Made by a program: the position numbers and the translations under genes. From assembly GCA_963667845.2 (NCBI GenBank), contig CAXXVL010000001.1, positions 224,001 through 288,000 on the forward strand: a stretch of DNA of 64,000 bases, given 5' to 3'. The stretch is from Smithellaceae bacterium (GTDB taxonomy: Bacteria > Desulfobacterota > Syntrophia > Syntrophales > Smithellaceae). Below are positions 9,680 through 19,737 of the stretch, piece by piece. The notes below the pieces were generated by a model. It did no database searches and was not told where the DNA came from. It saw only the letters and a list, made by a program, of their open reading frames with translations. Each line of letters opens with the position of its first letter. Positions within the stretch are counted from its first letter, which is position 1.

Positions 9680-11254
9680 TCATTGATTACACCCGGCTCC
9701 TGAATTTCGCTTTGACCTGAAACTATGCAACTTGAGGCCCAGCCATCCTAAAGCGAGAATAGACACTACGGTCAAACCATAGAGGAAGGCATCCCCCCAG
9801 CGTTCGTAAGGCGAGCGCTCCACGGGAATAAAGAGCGTATGGGCGGTTGCGGCCTTTTGAAAAAGCGGCGTCTGCGAACCCGGAACGATTTCACCTGTGG
9901 GCTCAATAAAAACGCCTATGCCGGAGTTTGCAACGCGGACCATGGGAATCCGGAATTCGACCGAACGGAAGAGTGCCAGAGACAGATGAGTCACCGAAGC
10001 CGGGGTTTTGCCAAACCAGGCATCATCCACCATGTTGACGAGCACATTGCCTCCTCGTTCAACGAACCGGCGGGTATGCTGTGAGAAAATGGCCTCGTAG
10101 CATAAAGACGGGATGAGCTTTTTTGCCGGGCCGAAATCGTACACCACCACCCCCCGGTTTCCGGGAATAAAGGGCATGACGCCCGGAAAGATTTTCCGGA
10201 GAACAGGCAGTTGCCGCTCGAGGGGAAGATACTCGCCAAAAGGCACCAGGATGAGCTTCCGATATTCCTCCCCGATGTTGCCGCGCCGGTCAACAAGGAT
10301 GGTGCTGTTGTAATAAGCTTCCCCTCTATCGCCGATCATGGACGTACAGGGGAGGAGGAAGGATTTGCCGGTCTGGTTTGCCAGAAGCGGCAGGTCGCGG
10401 CCGGCCTGGGTCCGGCAGTGGTAGGCCAGAGGGATTTCGGGCCAGACCACCAGATCCGCCTCCGGGTGCCGGAGGACCGCCTCGCGGCTCATCGATAAAG
10501 CGGTCCGGACGTCATTGTCCCGGTCACCTGCGGGAACCGCCGGGTCGTTCAAAGTGACCGGCACATTCGGCTGAACGGCAATGATGGTGATTTGCCGCCC
10601 TGCATCTGCCGCTTTCATTTGCTGATGCAGCGTCTGAAGACGATACCCGCCGTAGCCGGCGAGAAGCGCGAAGACGACAGCGATGGAAACCAGGGCAGGC
10701 ACGGGAGATCCCTGAGAGCCCCGCGCCGTCAGCGCCCGGACAATCTGGAAATTGACCAGATAAATCAAAAACAGCAGCAGGGGAGCGCCCCCCAGATCAA
10801 GGACCTGGATGAGCAGCGGCCAGACATAAAGGTTATGGGCTTCGCTGCCGGGGAAGACATGGGGATACCAGGTCCGGATGACTGTCAGCGCCGCCGCCGC
10901 CAGCCAGACACCGGGCTGGCTTGTGAGGAGGCGGAATTTCCCGGCCAGATATCCGAACAGGGCATAGGGCAGGGCATGCAGCGCGCAAAACGCGATCGTC
11001 CAGCCCCAGGCCTGCCAGGGCGGCAGCCCGACCATGCCGATCAATTGAACCTTGAGCCACCAGACGGCGACAAGCCAGAAGCAGAATCCGTAAACCAGGC
11101 CGCCTGCAAACCCCCGGGCGGGAGAAGTGCCCCAAAGCGATAATCCCAGGGGAACCAGACATACCCATACAGCCAGGGGAAAAGAAAAAGCCTGAGAGCT
11201 CAGTCCATAAAGGATTGCCGATAAGATAGGCAAAAGGAAAACACGTGTCATCAT
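9680..11254 (-). CDS. lnt: Apolipoprotein N-acyltransferase (Lnt) homologue
   Basis: N-terminal TM bundle, VQPNV, catalytic E-K-C in VVWPE, YRKLILVPFGEY and LCYEAIF; DDAWFG, RVANSGI. Confidence 0.9.
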   Translation of the reverse strand: MMTRVFLLPILSAILYGLSSQAFSFPLAVWVCLVPLGLSLWGTSPARGFAGGLVYGFCFWLVAVWWLKVQLIGMVGLPPWQAWGWTIAFCALHALPYALFGYLAGKFRLLTSQPGVWLAAAALTVIRTWYPHVFPGSEAHNLYVWPLLIQVLDLGGAPLLLFLIYLVNFQIVRALTARGSQGSPVPALVSIAVVFALLAGYGGYRLQTLHQQMKAADAGRQITIIAVQPNVPVTLNDPAVPAGDRDNDVRTALSMSREAVLRHPEADLVVWPEIPLAYHCRTQAGRDLPLLANQTGKSFLLPCTSMIGDRGEAYYNSTILVDRRGNIGEEYRKLILVPFGEYLPLERQLPVLRKIFPGVMPFIPGNRGVVVYDFGPAKKLIPSLCYEAIFSQHTRRFVERGGNVLVNMVDDAWFGKTPASVTHLSLALFRSVEFRIPMVRVANSGIGVFIEPTGEIVPGSQTPLFQKAATAHTLFIPVERSPYERWGDAFLYGLTVVSILALGWLGLKLHSFRSKRNSGAGCNQ

Positions 11255-11415
11255 GTCAACCGAAAAAAGAAGTGCGACAGCGCAGGGCATTGTGGTCAGC
11301 CTGGAAAAACAGCTTCCGCATTGAGACGGCCCTGCCGTTGTCGGGAATGGTCATTCCGAGTTGTGGCGCGTCTCCTTCGATGCAGCCCTGAATGCCTGAG
11401 GCATTCGGAGCGAGT

Positions 11416-11778
11416 CTATTCCTTGAGGAATATTTTGTTTTTCACGTCAATGACAAAGGTGGCGCTTTCGCAGTCGAGGGTCCTCGAGGTGATGTCCGTT
11501 ACATAGTCCACGGCGGTCCAGCATTGTCCGGCGAGCCGGTTCGGGCAGCCTTTGGATCCGAAGGTTTTAGTATCTCCCTTTTCGACGGTGTCCTGCAAGA
11601 AGGACGGGTCGGCGTTGGTGAAGTGGACCAAAACCGTGCATCGGTAATCCGGGGATTTCACCTTGATTTTATATTTGGCGCCCCCGCCCGCCTGAACCGT
11701 GTCTGCTGAAAACGAAAGCAGCAGGAATGATACCGACAATGCCATCATGACCATCATAATCAAGTTTGTCTTTTTCAT
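11416..11778 (-). CDS. Small Sec-exported protein with 4 Cys, unknown function
   Basis: RBS GAGGAGG, signal MKKTNL...TVQA, ~90-aa mature part. Confidence 0.8.
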   Translation of the reverse strand: MKKTNLIMMVMMALSVSFLLLSFSADTVQAGGGAKYKIKVKSPDYRCTVLVHFTNADPSFLQDTVEKGDTKTFGSKGCPNRLAGQCWTAVDYVTDITSRTLDCESATFVIDVKNKIFLKE

Positions 11779-11870
11779 TTTCTGAATTCCTCCTCGCTTT
11801 TTCTAATATCCGATTTGCCCTGATCATCCGCCATTTTCTCGGGTCATTTTTGGGCAATTGATTTTTTGCC

Positions 11871-12296
11871 TTACTTACCGTCGATCAGCGGGCCGCTCCA
11901 AAGCAGTGCTCCGTTATCGTTATAAACCACGCCGGATGGCGCGTACATGGATCCTTGTATTCTGACCCAGCCGTGTGCGGTCACCTTGGCTCCGAAATGT
12001 TTGTAATGCGCACCGGATTGATAGACGGTGTTGGGGATCCGCACGGTGATCTGCGTTTCACCGCGGCAGCCCGAGTTATCGCCGGGGCAGCAGGCTTTGC
12101 CGTGAGGCGACATCGACGTATTCAGGCAGCGCATGCAAAACTCGCCGGCCACTTCACTGATGTATTGCTCCGTGTCGTTGTAAACGCAATAGGCAAGGGC
12201 ATCTGCGGCGCCCCAGACGAAAAGGGCGGTTGAAAACAAAGTGCCCATCACGAAATTCGTGACAACCCCTGATCTGTTCAATGTGCCCATTTCCAA
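11871..12296 (-). CDS. Small Sec-exported Cys-rich protein (6 Cys, including CC), unknown function
   Basis: G-rich RBS, signal ending ADALA, mature YCVYND...FCMRC...ACCPGDNSGC. Confidence 0.8.
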   Translation of the reverse strand: MEMGTLNRSGVVTNFVMGTLFSTALFVWGAADALAYCVYNDTEQYISEVAGEFCMRCLNTSMSPHGKACCPGDNSGCRGETQITVRIPNTVYQSGAHYKHFGAKVTAHGWVRIQGSMYAPSGVVYNDNGALLWSGPLIDGK

Positions 12297-12401
12297 ACCC
12301 CCCTCTATGATATTTTCTAAATACAGACCATCTGTCTCTTTGCCGTGTTGTCTTTATCAACTTATCCGGGGGGCCCTTCATGGGTCGCTCCCGTAAATGG
12401 T

Positions 12402-13580
12402 TTATGACCGTAAGGCCTTGATGGGGTCGAGGCGCGCCGCCGTGCGGGCCGGGTAGAAGCCGCAGAAGATGCCGACCAGCGTAGATACGCCGAACCCCAG
12501 GATGATCGACGAATAGGACATTACGAACTGCCATTTGGACAGATAGGCGAACAAAAAGGCGATGCCGGTTCCCAAAACGATGCCGATGACGCCTCCCACC
12601 AGGCAGAGGATCACCGATTCGATGAGAAACTGGCTCTGGATATCGCCCCGCTGGGCGCCGAGGGCTCGCCGGAGGCCGATCTCGCTTTTGCGTTCGGTCA
12701 CGGAAATGAGCATCACGTTCATGACGCCGATGCCGCCGACGATGAGCGCGATGCTGCCGATGGCGCCCAGGAGCAGCGAGAACATCTGCATCTGCTTCTT
12801 CATCCGCTCGATCAATTCCTCCGCCGAGGTGATGTCCACCATAGTGCCCCGCGCCTTTTTCTGGAAATAGTCCTGAATTTCGGCTTTGAGCTCCGCCACG
12901 GTCACATTGGGGGCTACTCTGGCGAGGATCGTGTTGATATCCGGATTTTGAAAGGACCGGACGGCTGTGGACAGAGGGACCAGCATCGCCCGGTTCATGC
13001 CGTAAGGTTTCAGACCTCCATCGGCCGAAGGAGCCAGAATGCCGATGATGGTGTAAGCGCGGTCTGTCGCCGTGATCCGGCTGCCGATCAAGGGTGAAAC
13101 CCCGCTCTGCTTCAGGAAGTCGGCCAGCTCCCTGCCGATGACGCAGCAATAGCGGCTCTGGTCAAGATCGGAAAGGACTCTTCCCTCGGCGACATTAAGT
13201 TTGTTCAATGAAAAAAAGGAAGCGGTCACGCCCATCTGCTCAATGTTGATCTTCGCCCGGCCGCGGTAGAATTCGGATCCGGAATTGATGTAGGGGGCGA
13301 CCTCCAGAATATGGCTTTTTTCGTCGGGGAGTTTCATCGCGACGTCCTGATTGAATGTCGCGTTCATGCCGGCGCTGAAGCTTTTCCGGATGGCCACGAT
13401 GTCGACGCCCATATCCTTGAATTGGCGGATGGACTCCTGCTGAACGATCGTGCCGATGGATACCATGGCGATGACCGATCCGATGCCGATGACAATGCCG
13501 ATCAGCGCCAGAAGGCTGCGTTGTCTTGCTCCCCAGAGGCTTCGGAGCGCTTCATTAAAATTGATTCGCAGCAAGTTCAT
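12402..13580 (-). CDS. MacB/FtsX-family ABC permease
   Basis: RSLLALIGIVIGIGSVIAM, IGVMNVMLISVTERKSEIGLRRALGA, GFYPARTAARLDPIKALR. Confidence 0.95.
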   Translation of the reverse strand: MNLLRINFNEALRSLWGARQRSLLALIGIVIGIGSVIAMVSIGTIVQQESIRQFKDMGVDIVAIRKSFSAGMNATFNQDVAMKLPDEKSHILEVAPYINSGSEFYRGRAKINIEQMGVTASFFSLNKLNVAEGRVLSDLDQSRYCCVIGRELADFLKQSGVSPLIGSRITATDRAYTIIGILAPSADGGLKPYGMNRAMLVPLSTAVRSFQNPDINTILARVAPNVTVAELKAEIQDYFQKKARGTMVDITSAEELIERMKKQMQMFSLLLGAIGSIALIVGGIGVMNVMLISVTERKSEIGLRRALGAQRGDIQSQFLIESVILCLVGGVIGIVLGTGIAFLFAYLSKWQFVMSYSSIILGFGVSTLVGIFCGFYPARTAARLDPIKALRS

Positions 13581-13584
13581 GTCT

Positions 13585-14256
13585 TTAGATCATCCCGTCG
13601 CTGATTTTTACCGCCCGTCCGCATTGTTCCGCAAGGGCCGGATTGTGGGTGATAATGATAATGGTGATTCCTTCGTCCCGGTTGAGACGCTGGAAGAGTT
13701 CCATGATTTCTTCACCGGTCCGCTGATCCAGGGCGCCTGTCGGTTCATCGGCCAGGATGAGCGACGGTGATCCGACCAGGGCCCGGGCGATGGCGACGCG
13801 CTGCTGCTGGCCGCCGGACATCTCATTGGGGCGATGACCGGCGCGGTGTTGAATGTCCACCCTGGTTAAATAGTCGATGCTTCTTTTCCGGATTTCATCA
13901 AGATTCATGCCGCGATAGGTCAGGGGGACGCCCACATTTTCCAGGGCCGTCAGTTTGGGCAGCAGGTGATACTGCTGAAAGACAAACCCGATCTTCCGGT
14001 TTCTGAGCTTCGACAGAGCCCGGTCGTCATCATAGGTCACGCGCGTGCCGTCGATGACGTAGGTGCCGCTGTCGGGCTTTTCCAAAAGCCCCATCATGTG
14101 CATCAGCGTGGATTTTCCGCAGCCCGACGGTCCGACAATGGCCAGCAATTCGCCCCTCTCTACGGAAAGATTGACGCCCTTGAGAACGTTCACCTCCGTG
14201 GGGCCGACGCGATAGGACTTGCGTATGTCCGTGATCTCCAGCATCAGGGGGGGCAT
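13585..14256 (-). CDS. MacB/LolD-type ABC ATPase
   Basis: [37 protein letters not shown]. Confidence 0.96.
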   Translation of the reverse strand: MPPLMLEITDIRKSYRVGPTEVNVLKGVNLSVERGELLAIVGPSGCGKSTLMHMMGLLEKPDSGTYVIDGTRVTYDDDRALSKLRNRKIGFVFQQYHLLPKLTALENVGVPLTYRGMNLDEIRKRSIDYLTRVDIQHRAGHRPNEMSGGQQQRVAIARALVGSPSLILADEPTGALDQRTGEEIMELFQRLNRDEGITIIIITHNPALAEQCGRAVKISDGMI

Positions 14257-16016
14257 CAGTAAACCACCTCGTCTCCGGCTTTAAGTCCGGTTGTGATCTC
14301 GACGGCGTCCAGGGTGGTTACCCCGGTTTCCACTTTCACTTTTTTCTGAGCACGCGTTTGGGGGTCCTGCACATTGACAAAACGGTCCCGTCCGGAAAGC
14401 GAAACGGCCGCGATCGGAAGCATCAGCGCGTCCGGCTTATTGACCAGCATGATTTCCATATTGGCCGACATGCCCAGGCGCAGTTTATCTTTCAAGGCCG
14501 CAGGCAGGGTGTCGATGGCGACGGAGACCTCGAAACTGGCGGTCTTCCTGCCCTCGGTGCTTTTGACGGCCTGAGAGGAGATATGAGTGACCCGTCCCGC
14601 AAGGACATCGCCGAAGGCGTCAACCGTGATTTTGACCGCCTGGTCTTTTTTTATTTTGAGCACTTCCAGTTCATCGACGCTCGCCGTCATGGAAAGCCCC
14701 TCGGTGTTGCCGATGGAAAGCAGAATATCACCCTGGGTGAAGGTGACGCCCCGTTCGGCGACTTTTCCTTTCTGGTCCTTTTCTCCCGCCAGATCGGGAA
14801 GTAACACCGTGCCCGAAACCGGTGCGAGGATATCGGAATGACGAAGCTGGGTTTCCAGATCCTGCAGCTTCTGGCGGGCATTTTGCAATTTGAGCTCCGC
14901 AATGTGCCGGTTTTGGCCCAAACCCCTTTCCCGGATGACCTGCTGTTCCCGGAGGGATGCCTCGTAATCCATTTTAGCGGTAGTGTATTGCTGCTTCGCG
15001 CTGGCATATTCCGTCGCCGGAACAATTTCCTTCTTGAACAGGCGTTCCGTTTCCTGAAGGGTTTTCTGGTAGCCGTCCAGGGCCAATTTTGAGCGCGTAA
15101 CGCTCTGCGTCGCTTTGGCCATCTCATTGCCGTTTTGCCAGGTATCCAGCTCTTTTACTTTTTCCAGCGCTTCGATATAGGCCGTTTTCGCTTCCCGGTA
15201 TTTGACTTCGGTTTCACTCCGGTCCAGTTTAAGCAGGGTTTGCCCTTTTTCCACGGACTGTCCGTATTCGAATAATTTTTCTTTGACCATGCCGCCGAAC
15301 GGGCTGGTAATGTTTACGACCTGGATGGGTTTCAAGACTCCCTTGAGCGCAATGCTGTCCGTGAGGGGTCGGGGGGCGACCCGATAGGTTCTGACCGCTT
15401 CATCCGATTTTCCGCGGCCCGCGGACTTGTCCGAGGAGGGGCCGGTTTGTTTCCAGGTGAAAATTCCGATCGATAAAAAGAGAATGATGACAAAAACGGT
15501 GGCGACGATGCGGATGATCTGAACCTTGCGCAGGGCCGCCTGGAGACTGTTGTTGGTTTCTTCCATCTCCAGGTAGGATTTCTGGAGTTCGCCGTGCTTC
15601 GCTTTCAGCTCCTCGGCGAGCCGCTGTTCCGATTCCTGAAGCCGTTCCACTTCCGTCTTGTCCGTAAAGACGACGACCACCGCAACATTTTTCTTTTCGC
15701 CGTGCTCCTTCGTCGACAGAAACGAAGTCGTCACTTCCAGGCTGAGAACCTTTTCACCCTTGTACCAGGGGACGATTTTATTATGGGTCGTATCCGCGTC
15801 ATAAATCGCGTTGAGAATCGTCTGATTGAAGGGATCGTTTTCCTCGCGAACCAGAAAAATCTCTCCAAAGGGTTTTTCCAGAACGTCTCGCTGATTCAAT
15901 CCGAGAATTTCCTGGGCCGCCGCATTGATCGTCAGAATCCTGCCGTCGAGGCCGATCGTCATGACGCCGTCGCCCATGCTTTCGAGAATATTTCGGAATA
16001 CGATGTCAGATGCCAT
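14256..16016 (-). CDS. PAS domain-coiled coil-TM-membrane fusion (MacA/HlyD-like adaptor) hybrid protein
   Basis: N-terminal PAS (ILESMGDGVMTIGLDGRILTINAAAQEILG...VVVVFTD), coiled coil, one TM, then MFP motifs (ITSPFGGMV, VEKGQTLL, ILAPVSGTV, LRLGMSANMEI, GLKAGDEVV). Confidence 0.88.
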   Translation of the reverse strand: MASDIVFRNILESMGDGVMTIGLDGRILTINAAAQEILGLNQRDVLEKPFGEIFLVREENDPFNQTILNAIYDADTTHNKIVPWYKGEKVLSLEVTTSFLSTKEHGEKKNVAVVVVFTDKTEVERLQESEQRLAEELKAKHGELQKSYLEMEETNNSLQAALRKVQIIRIVATVFVIILFLSIGIFTWKQTGPSSDKSAGRGKSDEAVRTYRVAPRPLTDSIALKGVLKPIQVVNITSPFGGMVKEKLFEYGQSVEKGQTLLKLDRSETEVKYREAKTAYIEALEKVKELDTWQNGNEMAKATQSVTRSKLALDGYQKTLQETERLFKKEIVPATEYASAKQQYTTAKMDYEASLREQQVIRERGLGQNRHIAELKLQNARQKLQDLETQLRHSDILAPVSGTVLLPDLAGEKDQKGKVAERGVTFTQGDILLSIGNTEGLSMTASVDELEVLKIKKDQAVKITVDAFGDVLAGRVTHISSQAVKSTEGRKTASFEVSVAIDTLPAALKDKLRLGMSANMEIMLVNKPDALMLPIAAVSLSGRDRFVNVQDPQTRAQKKVKVETGVTTLDAVEITTGLKAGDEVVY

Positions 16017-16025
16017 TTTCTACTC

Positions 16026-17672
16026 TCACGGTTTTGATGGACTGGTTGCGTTTTTTACCGGGGTCTGCTTAATCCGGTCATCTTCTTTGCCGACGTCGAT
16101 CCGCCAGGTTGTCAGGGTCGTCCCCAGGGTGTCGTCGAGGTTGGTGAGCGAATTCAAATAAGTTGTTGTGGCCGTCAATTCATTGAGCTGCGCAGTTTGA
16201 AAATCCCTCTGAAAACTGACGAACTGGAAGTTTGTCGTCCGGCCGGCGCTTAGTTTTTCCTGCTCGATCTGCAGCTTCTTTTCGGCCAGTTCCCGCGCCA
16301 GCTTCGCGCTTTTCAGCGATCTGTAGCTGGAATCGACGTTGCGCACGGCGTTTTGCACGCTGATTTCAATATCGAGCTTCAGTTTGTCGAAAGCCAGATT
16401 CGCTTTTTCCAGGTCGTTTTTTGCTCCATAGTAGGACCGCATGTCCGCCGTCATATAGACCAGGGGGATCTTCAGCGACAATCCGGCAAACCAGTCTCTC
16501 TCGGCCGCACTGTTAAACGCCCGCCGCAAAGCTGCGTCATACGTATCAAAGGTTGCGGCCGAATAACCGTCTGATGTCGCCGCTGTCAGATCAAGGCTCC
16601 AGAGCCGGTTGCGCTTTGCCTTGGACAGAGTCAATTTATAAGTTTCCAGGTTCTTCAGCGCCCGGAGGTAGTCCGTCCGGTATTGAAAGGCGAGCTCCAA
16701 AGCCTCGTCCCGCGAAGGGGCGGAAACAGCCTGCTGATTCTCATCTGCCGCGTCGAAGACGATATTCTTATCGATGTTCAGCGCCTGGATCAAAGTGAGG
16801 CGGGCGTTGTCCAGGTTGTTTTTGGCGTCGATGACGGATGTTTCCTGGGTGGCGATATCAGCCTGTGCCTGGACGATTTCCGTGCCGGCCAGACGTCCGG
16901 CCTCGATCATGTCCTTATTGTAATCATACAGCGCCCTGGCCCGGACCAGGCCCATTTCGGCGATGACCAGTTGCCTTTCTGCGGTTTTGTAGCTCCGGAA
17001 AGCCGTAATGGCCGTTTTGATGGTTGACGCAATGGTATCTCTCAGAGACAGAATATTCGTTTCTTCCGTGATCCGGGCGATTCTGACGTTATAGGCGGCG
17101 TTGGTGAGCCCGCTCCCTTTGAGCAACGGCTGGGTGAAGACAGCGCTCCAGCCTGAAGAGTAGGCGAAACTCTGGCCCAGATCCGGCCGATCGGCACTGT
17201 TGTTCCAAAGAAAGGTTAATGAGCCGCCGGTGGGTATGGCCAGTGTAGCGGAAAAATCGCCGGTGAAATTCAGGTCCTCTGTTCTTGTCGCGTCGGGGAC
17301 GGAATAATAAGACAGACGATTGGCTCCCAGGGTCACCATGGGGTCGGTCGGAAGATAGTTCTTCCTCTCCGCCACCTGCAGATCGATCCTTTGCAGATGC
17401 CTGTCAAGATAGGCGCTGCGCAAGGTTACATTGTTGGTGAGCGCAATAAATACCGCGTCCGCCACCGTCAGTTTTTGGGCCTGAGGGTCGCGGTTTTTAA
17501 GGGGGGTATCACAAAGGCCGGGCGCAGCAAAGAAAATGAGGGAAGCGGCGATCAGCAAAAAGAGGGCTGCGGGCAGGCTGCTTTTCCCGGCACAGACGGC
17601 GAATCCGGATTTCGTTGATTTCGAGAGGCATGGGGATTGCGGGAAAAATATCAAACGGATCATCTTCTTCAC
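16026..17672 (-). CDS. TolC-family outer membrane efflux protein
   Basis: LTVADAVFIALTNN, FTQPLLKG, AGRLAGTEIVQAQ, EQEKLSAGRTT. Confidence 0.9.
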   Translation of the reverse strand: MKKMIRLIFFPQSPCLSKSTKSGFAVCAGKSSLPAALFLLIAASLIFFAAPGLCDTPLKNRDPQAQKLTVADAVFIALTNNVTLRSAYLDRHLQRIDLQVAERKNYLPTDPMVTLGANRLSYYSVPDATRTEDLNFTGDFSATLAIPTGGSLTFLWNNSADRPDLGQSFAYSSGWSAVFTQPLLKGSGLTNAAYNVRIARITEETNILSLRDTIASTIKTAITAFRSYKTAERQLVIAEMGLVRARALYDYNKDMIEAGRLAGTEIVQAQADIATQETSVIDAKNNLDNARLTLIQALNIDKNIVFDAADENQQAVSAPSRDEALELAFQYRTDYLRALKNLETYKLTLSKAKRNRLWSLDLTAATSDGYSAATFDTYDAALRRAFNSAAERDWFAGLSLKIPLVYMTADMRSYYGAKNDLEKANLAFDKLKLDIEISVQNAVRNVDSSYRSLKSAKLARELAEKKLQIEQEKLSAGRTTNFQFVSFQRDFQTAQLNELTATTTYLNSLTNLDDTLGTTLTTWRIDVGKEDDRIKQTPVKNATSPSKP

Positions 17673-17951
17673 TTAGGCGAATGCGACGGTTATTCAGATT
17701 TCTTTGAGATCCACAGCCCTTACTTTCTACTTTACCGGTGCGCCGGTTGTCAATCGGATTTATGGAAAGAAAACGAACGGCTGCTGCCGCAGGAATGAGG
17801 AGACTCCTGCAAAGCGACGATGCCGGCTGCTCACGAGATGAACTCCGCGGGCCATAAGAAATCAAGAGGGCCTTATCCGTGCTGCGTGAACACGATTGTT
17901 ACGAGGCGTTCACGGGCAGCTCACGCGGCTCTTAATAAATCAGCGCCAAAA

Positions 17952-19127
17952 TCAGCGGACAATTTCGAGAATAACTTTGATCTCTTCTTTGGAAAGAAGG
18001 GCGGGGCTGTTCTTGCTTGAGGCTTGCTCGATGGCTTTTTTCATGTGGGCTGCGGTCATGCCGAAGTAAGAAAGCTGGGGAAGCCTTAAGGCCTGCGTCC
18101 ATTTATGAAGAACATCAAGGAATTGCCGGCAATAAAAAACGTCATCATGGACGGCATCTCCTGCGAACACCCTGCCGATATCAGCAAAGCGTTTGCGGGC
18201 GGTCATGTCTTCTTCATCGATCACTTTCTTCACAACAAAAGACATGACCGGAAAAAGGAGCTTCCCGCAGGCGACGCCGTGAGGGACCGGAATGAGCCCG
18301 CCCAGAGGGCCGGCTATGCCGTGGACGGCGCCAAGCCCGGCGCGGCCCAGCGCAATCCCGGAAATGAGCGCCGCATGAGACATCCCGGTGCGCAGGGCAA
18401 TGTCATTGCTTTTGCCGAGGGCCAGCGGCAGGAAACTCGAAAACGCCACGGAAAGAGCCTTCAGGGTGAGCGGATCAAGAGAAGCGTCCACCCTGGCTGA
18501 CGTGTGGGATTCAATCAATTGCGAGAAGGCATCGAGGCCGCAGGCGATGGTAATATGCCGGGGAGACGAGGGCGTAAGTTCGGGGTCGATAATGGCGACG
18601 TCCGGCATGTAGGCGTCATGGCGCAGCGATTTCTTATACCCTTCCGTCCGGTCGCACACGACGGCATTCTTTGTCGCTTCACTGCCCGTGCCGGCGGTTG
18701 TGGGAACGGCAATGAAGGGGACTTTTGTGCCGGCTGGCTTTTTGTTTCCGACATCTTCCAGGTAATCCTTTACGGAACCCGTCTCGGTGAGCATGGCGGA
18801 GACGGCTTTGCCGCAGTCGATGGCGCTCCCCCCGCCGACAGCGACGACTACACTCAGCGCTGCCCCGCGAAATTCACCGGCAATGCCATCGATTAATTGT
18901 GCTGTCGGTTCGCCGGGGACGGACACAACCGAGTAGTTGATCCAGGCCTGATCAAGCCCGCTTACCAGAGCATCAAGCCGGCCGGATTTTGTAAGCGATT
19001 CGCCGCCGGTGACGATGAGTGCGCGGGAGCCAAAGGATTGGATGATTTGCACAAGCCCGGAAAACGATCCGGCGCCGAAAATGATTCTGGGCAGGCCCCG
19101 GATATCGGGAGCACCTATTGCTTCCAT
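17952..19127 (-). CDS. Iron-containing alcohol dehydrogenase
   Basis: GGGSAIDCGKA, PTTAGTGSEAT, GLGAVHG, PHGVAC. Confidence 0.95.
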   Translation of the reverse strand: MEAIGAPDIRGLPRIIFGAGSFSGLVQIIQSFGSRALIVTGGESLTKSGRLDALVSGLDQAWINYSVVSVPGEPTAQLIDGIAGEFRGAALSVVVAVGGGSAIDCGKAVSAMLTETGSVKDYLEDVGNKKPAGTKVPFIAVPTTAGTGSEATKNAVVCDRTEGYKKSLRHDAYMPDVAIIDPELTPSSPRHITIACGLDAFSQLIESHTSARVDASLDPLTLKALSVAFSSFLPLALGKSNDIALRTGMSHAALISGIALGRAGLGAVHGIAGPLGGLIPVPHGVACGKLLFPVMSFVVKKVIDEEDMTARKRFADIGRVFAGDAVHDDVFYCRQFLDVLHKWTQALRLPQLSYFGMTAAHMKKAIEQASSKNSPALLSKEEIKVILEIVR

Positions 19128-19429
19128 GCGGACTCTTTCGCCGGTGCAATCACGTTATGGGCAAAACCCTGACGCGGCATGGCCATCCAGGATTCGACGG
19201 TCTCGCGCCACTTTGCATAATGGGCGGTTTGCTTATGTGCGGCGGCCGCTTCGTCGGACGAATAGGCTTCATACAACGTGAAAGCCTGCGGGTTATCCCG
19301 GTGCTGCAAAACATCAAAACGGAGATTTCCCGGTTCCTTGATTGAGTGTTGATGGTTCTCAAGGGTTGCGGCAATAAACTGATCAATATTTTCCGGCCGA
19401 ACGAGAATGTGGACAACGGTAACGATCAT
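19115..19429 (-). CDS. ABM/LsrG-like cofactor-free monooxygenase/isomerase
   Basis: KEPGNLRFDVLQ, FTLYEAY, AAAAHKQTAHYAKWR; overlaps the ADH start. Confidence 0.9.
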   Translation of the reverse strand: MIVTVVHILVRPENIDQFIAATLENHQHSIKEPGNLRFDVLQHRDNPQAFTLYEAYSSDEAAAAHKQTAHYAKWRETVESWMAMPRQGFAHNVIAPAKESAWKQ

Positions 19430-19737
19430 AAAAAAATCCTCCTGTTTGAGGGGCTCATATAACAAAATTATCCCGGCCGGCAAAGTAAAAAAGATTCGCG
19501 GTATTCGATCGATTGGGCACGGGCCGGTCCTCTTCATCCGGATCGCCAAAACTTTTCTTGATTCCGGGAATGCGCAAACCCGTAATTTTTACCTACCAAA
19601 ATCCTTCCATTTAACCCGTATTGCCAATCGTGAGGCGCATAAACTAGAGTGCCCCCGCGTCAGGGACAATGGTCTTCAGGGTCCGGCATCAATATCGCTT
19701 GGAAAAGCGTAAGAAATAAAAATTAAGGAGATGACAA

